DNA of 64,000 nucleotides from Selaginella moellendorffii (Eukaryota; Plantae; Lycopodiophyta): NCBI RefSeq assembly GCF_000143415.4, contig NW_003314337.1, positions 451,234 to 515,233 of the forward strand, read 5' to 3'. Shown piece by piece: positions 61,094 to 64,000 of this stretch (position 1 is its first letter; each line of letters starts with the position of its first letter). The notes under the pieces were generated by a model. It saw only the letters and a program-made list of their open reading frames with translations, ran no database searches and was not told where the DNA came from. The position numbers and the translations under genes were made by a program.

Positions 61094-62527
61094 TGTGAGA
61101 CACAAATCCCTAAGCCCCGAAGTGGAGCCAAAAGGGTGCCACGTGGTAGTGGCCGAACCGAAAGCCAAATGAGCGTAACACGTTTGGACTAAAAAGGCTC
61201 TGACTTGAAAGGTCGAGAGCGGGAGTGGAACTCCCAACGGAGTGCTCAAGGAGCGAGCATGAAATGAGCAATAAAAGAGTCTCTAGAAAGGGACCGGAGA
61301 TGGAGTGAGAGATGGAGTCTGAGATGGACCTGAGATGGAGTCCGAGATAGACCCAAGATGGACCCGAGATGGAGTCCGAGATGGAGTCCGAGATGGAGTC
61401 CGAGATGGACCTGAGATGGAATCCGAGATAGAGTTCCAGAAGGACCCGAGACGGAGTCTGAGATTGGGACCGAGACCGAGACCAGAACCGAGACCAAGAC
61501 CGAGATCGGGACCGAGACCGAGACCGAGGCCTAGGCCAAGACCGAGCCCAAGCCCGAGTCCGAGTTCAAGTCCAAGTTCGAGTCCGAGTCCGTCTCCGAA
61601 TCTGAGTTGAAGTCTGAGAGGGTGAAAGCCCAAAGCATTTGTCTCTCAGACCCTTGGGGGTTTGGTGAGCTCCAAAAGTATAGTAGGGGGAGGACTCCAG
61701 TGGAGCCAGCTTGGCCAGGAAAGGCTAGTTTGGCCCAGGAAGGCTGTATCCAAGTGTTGGGTGATGGGATAACCACTGGGAAGTCCAAGGTTAGAGTGAA
61801 TATGGACCGACAAGCGGGGTAGCTTGGTGAGATGTTCAAGAGCCAGCTCTAGTTCCCCCAGGAGATCGAATGGTCGATGCTCCCAATCCAAGTGTGAGTG
61901 GCACTAACTACTTGGATATCTAGTGTGGCTTAATTGAACCTCGCTCTAAACCCATGGCTAGAGCACCAAAAGGCGGAAGGTGGGGAGAGTAACCATGAGG
62001 CTCGCGTAGGGCCACGATGTTCCAAAATGCTGTCTTAAAGTCCCAGATTGTGGAAAGGAAGAGCAGTGATCCTCTGGTGTAGTGACCAATGATACGGTCA
62101 TGTGGTGAGGAAGTCCCAGAGGATAGTGGGACTTAGTGGTCAGGCCTATGGGCCTTGATCTAGTGGCAGTGTTGGTGAACATGGCCATGGATAGAAAAGG
62201 ATCTTGGTGGGGACTGTTAAAGGGATATTGGGGAAGGTTATTCCCCATGTCTATGGGCATCTTAAGGATGTTAATGAGTGGACCCAGGATGGTCACTTAT
62301 GGACAGATGGCCCAGTCTTTGAGACACAGGACCACAATGCAGGTGGTGTTGGATCACCGGTGTGACCAAGTTAAATGGCCATGGCCTTAGTGTAATGGGC
62401 TAGTATATTGGTGGTACCTTGGGGTGTCAGTCATGGGATCGAACACGTGGAGCACTTGGATCAAGTGTAATAGCTGAGTGGCATAGATGCCATTCTTGGG
62501 GCTAGCAAGTCCCTAAGTCCAAAATAG
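61094..62527 (+). mobile_element. Truncated LTR copy C, same family, inserted in opposite orientation
   Basis: Starts TGTGAGACACAAATCCCTAAGCCCC, the reverse complement of 59998-60022. Homology to copy B runs to ~62527. Confidence 0.85.
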
Positions 62528-64000
62528 CTTGGGTATAGCTCAAAATGAGCTCACACCCACTACTAAGGTTGCGAGGAATCTCACTACTGTGATCCTGGCT
62601 ACACAAAAACAGGTACATCCGATTCGTTTTCTGCGCTTTTCTTCAACCCCAACCTGTAGGAACTATTCTCGGCCAGATTGCCAAACCCTAGTGCCACGGT
62701 GACACAAGGGGCTTGTATTGACTTTGCCCAAGTAGTGCTTTTGCATCGACTGTTCCAATATCTAATCATCCCCTCAGAAAAAAGACGGGATGACAGCGAC
62801 TAGACTAGACGGCGAGATCCATGAGGCAACGGACAAAGATCAGGTTGAGCATGTTCCTTAGCTCTAGTCCTTGGAAGTCACTTCTGATGTGCGGCTCGGA
62901 CATGTACTTGAGTACATTGGCTCGCGAGCATCAATCGTGCAAATCTCAGTTCATTCTTGAATCCTAGCTTTGTACTTTCACAAAAGAATGAGAGATAGAG
63001 CTAGCGGAGATTGCATTACTAATCCTCATCTTCCATGATACAGGTACCCCCTGGACACCCAAACTGTAGGAGGTGACATAGGAAGTGCTTAGGGAAATCG
63101 TTTTGGTCGTGGTTGGTACCGGGTTACCGGGCGGATGATCCTACGCCTTGGACGAATGTACTGAAAATGGCCTAGTTGATCTGCTTAACCAAAAATACCC
63201 GCGAGGGACAACCGTGCTAGGGTGTGATACTTGGCTTTCTTTGGGGGACACCTTTCCCATGACTTTAGTATGGCACATTTTGCCATCCCTAAGATACCCA
63301 TTGTTCTCACACTGGGATCTTATGATCCTCCTCATCCTTCGTGGGGTGCAACACACCTCAGTCCAAATGCTTCCACTAGTCCTCTAGAACCATTCCTTAT
63401 CTCCACTCGAGTCATCTAGCTTTTTGGACTTTACTAATCCGACGACCTATAAGGTCCTATTTTGAAGTACCAGCTCGTTAGAATACAATTTTTTGTATTC
63501 ATGTCCTACCTATAAAGACCATTCTTGCAAGTGTTACTCCGACACTTGATTATTCTTTGTTCCATATGGGTTACCTTTGCCCCTTAGAACTATTTGTCCC
63601 TGTGATGAAAACATCAACTCATCCTCTAAATACACCCTTAACTTCTGGGGTTGTTTCAACATTTATTCAAGGTAGCCCCGACTACCATTTCAAGGACTTA
63701 TATCCTCATCCGTATTTGACCTCCCACAATCATTACTTTTGGTCTCAAATTCATGAGCACCAACCTCAACTACATGAGGGTAATCTTGCGGCTCCTTTAT
63801 CGTTTTAGAGTCTCTATCTTCCCCGTGATCCTAACTATAGTTTTTTACCACAACTACATTAGCCAGTTTGTTGAGTCAAACACTCATTTGGATCAAATCC
63901 TCAACTCAATGAGGAAAACTTTATACTATTCCCAAGACTCTGAAGTCGTTCCATTATTGGCCCTTTTCTATCCACCACCTCACATACAAGTTCACACCTA
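62528..64000. mobile_element. Unassigned decayed repeat/retroelement sequence
   Basis: Interrupts LTR copy C; no intact ORF; partly CpG-depleted. Confidence 0.4.

Noticed and set aside
61300-62520. Possible ancestral long ORF inside the LTR (many stops revert by T>C/A>G)
   Set aside because: The 11-nt repeat units and a 7-nt indel between copies break the frame, and deamination creates such stops in any frame.

Overview
Eukaryotic, early-diverging land-plant nuclear DNA. Very short (~50-60 nt) GT-AG introns, tiny intergenic gaps, a PLS-class PPR gene and GC3-rich intronless genes suggest the lycophyte Selaginella (inference). Positions 1-51.8 kb are gene-dense, in this order: TyrRS-like, RMR PA-TM-RING, Ole e 1/extensin chimera, two head-to-head putative plastid proteins, CLE precursor, stromal processing peptidase, a Crinkler/RHS-type NTPase-nuclease gene plus a tandem pseudogene, PLS-E PPR, RabA, EMB1273-like, kinase, frameshifted GDSL lipase, PDX1, VFB-type F-box, KIC-like EF-hand, TOC159-family receptor, NPG-like TPR, tRNA-Gln, MPP-beta, MIZ1-like and ABCD2. 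Positions 51.8-64 kb are a nest of decayed LTR retrotransposons. The two most notable items are: (1) a plant CR (Crinkler-RHS)-type gene with header exon, micro-exons, P-loop NTPase and restriction-endonuclease-like domain, which carries an inserted SAP DNA-binding motif and altered catalytic residues; (2) an intact stand-alone TyrRS paralog that has lost the amino-acid/ATP-binding motifs but kept its anticodon-binding motifs. All family assignments come from recalled motifs; no database search was run.
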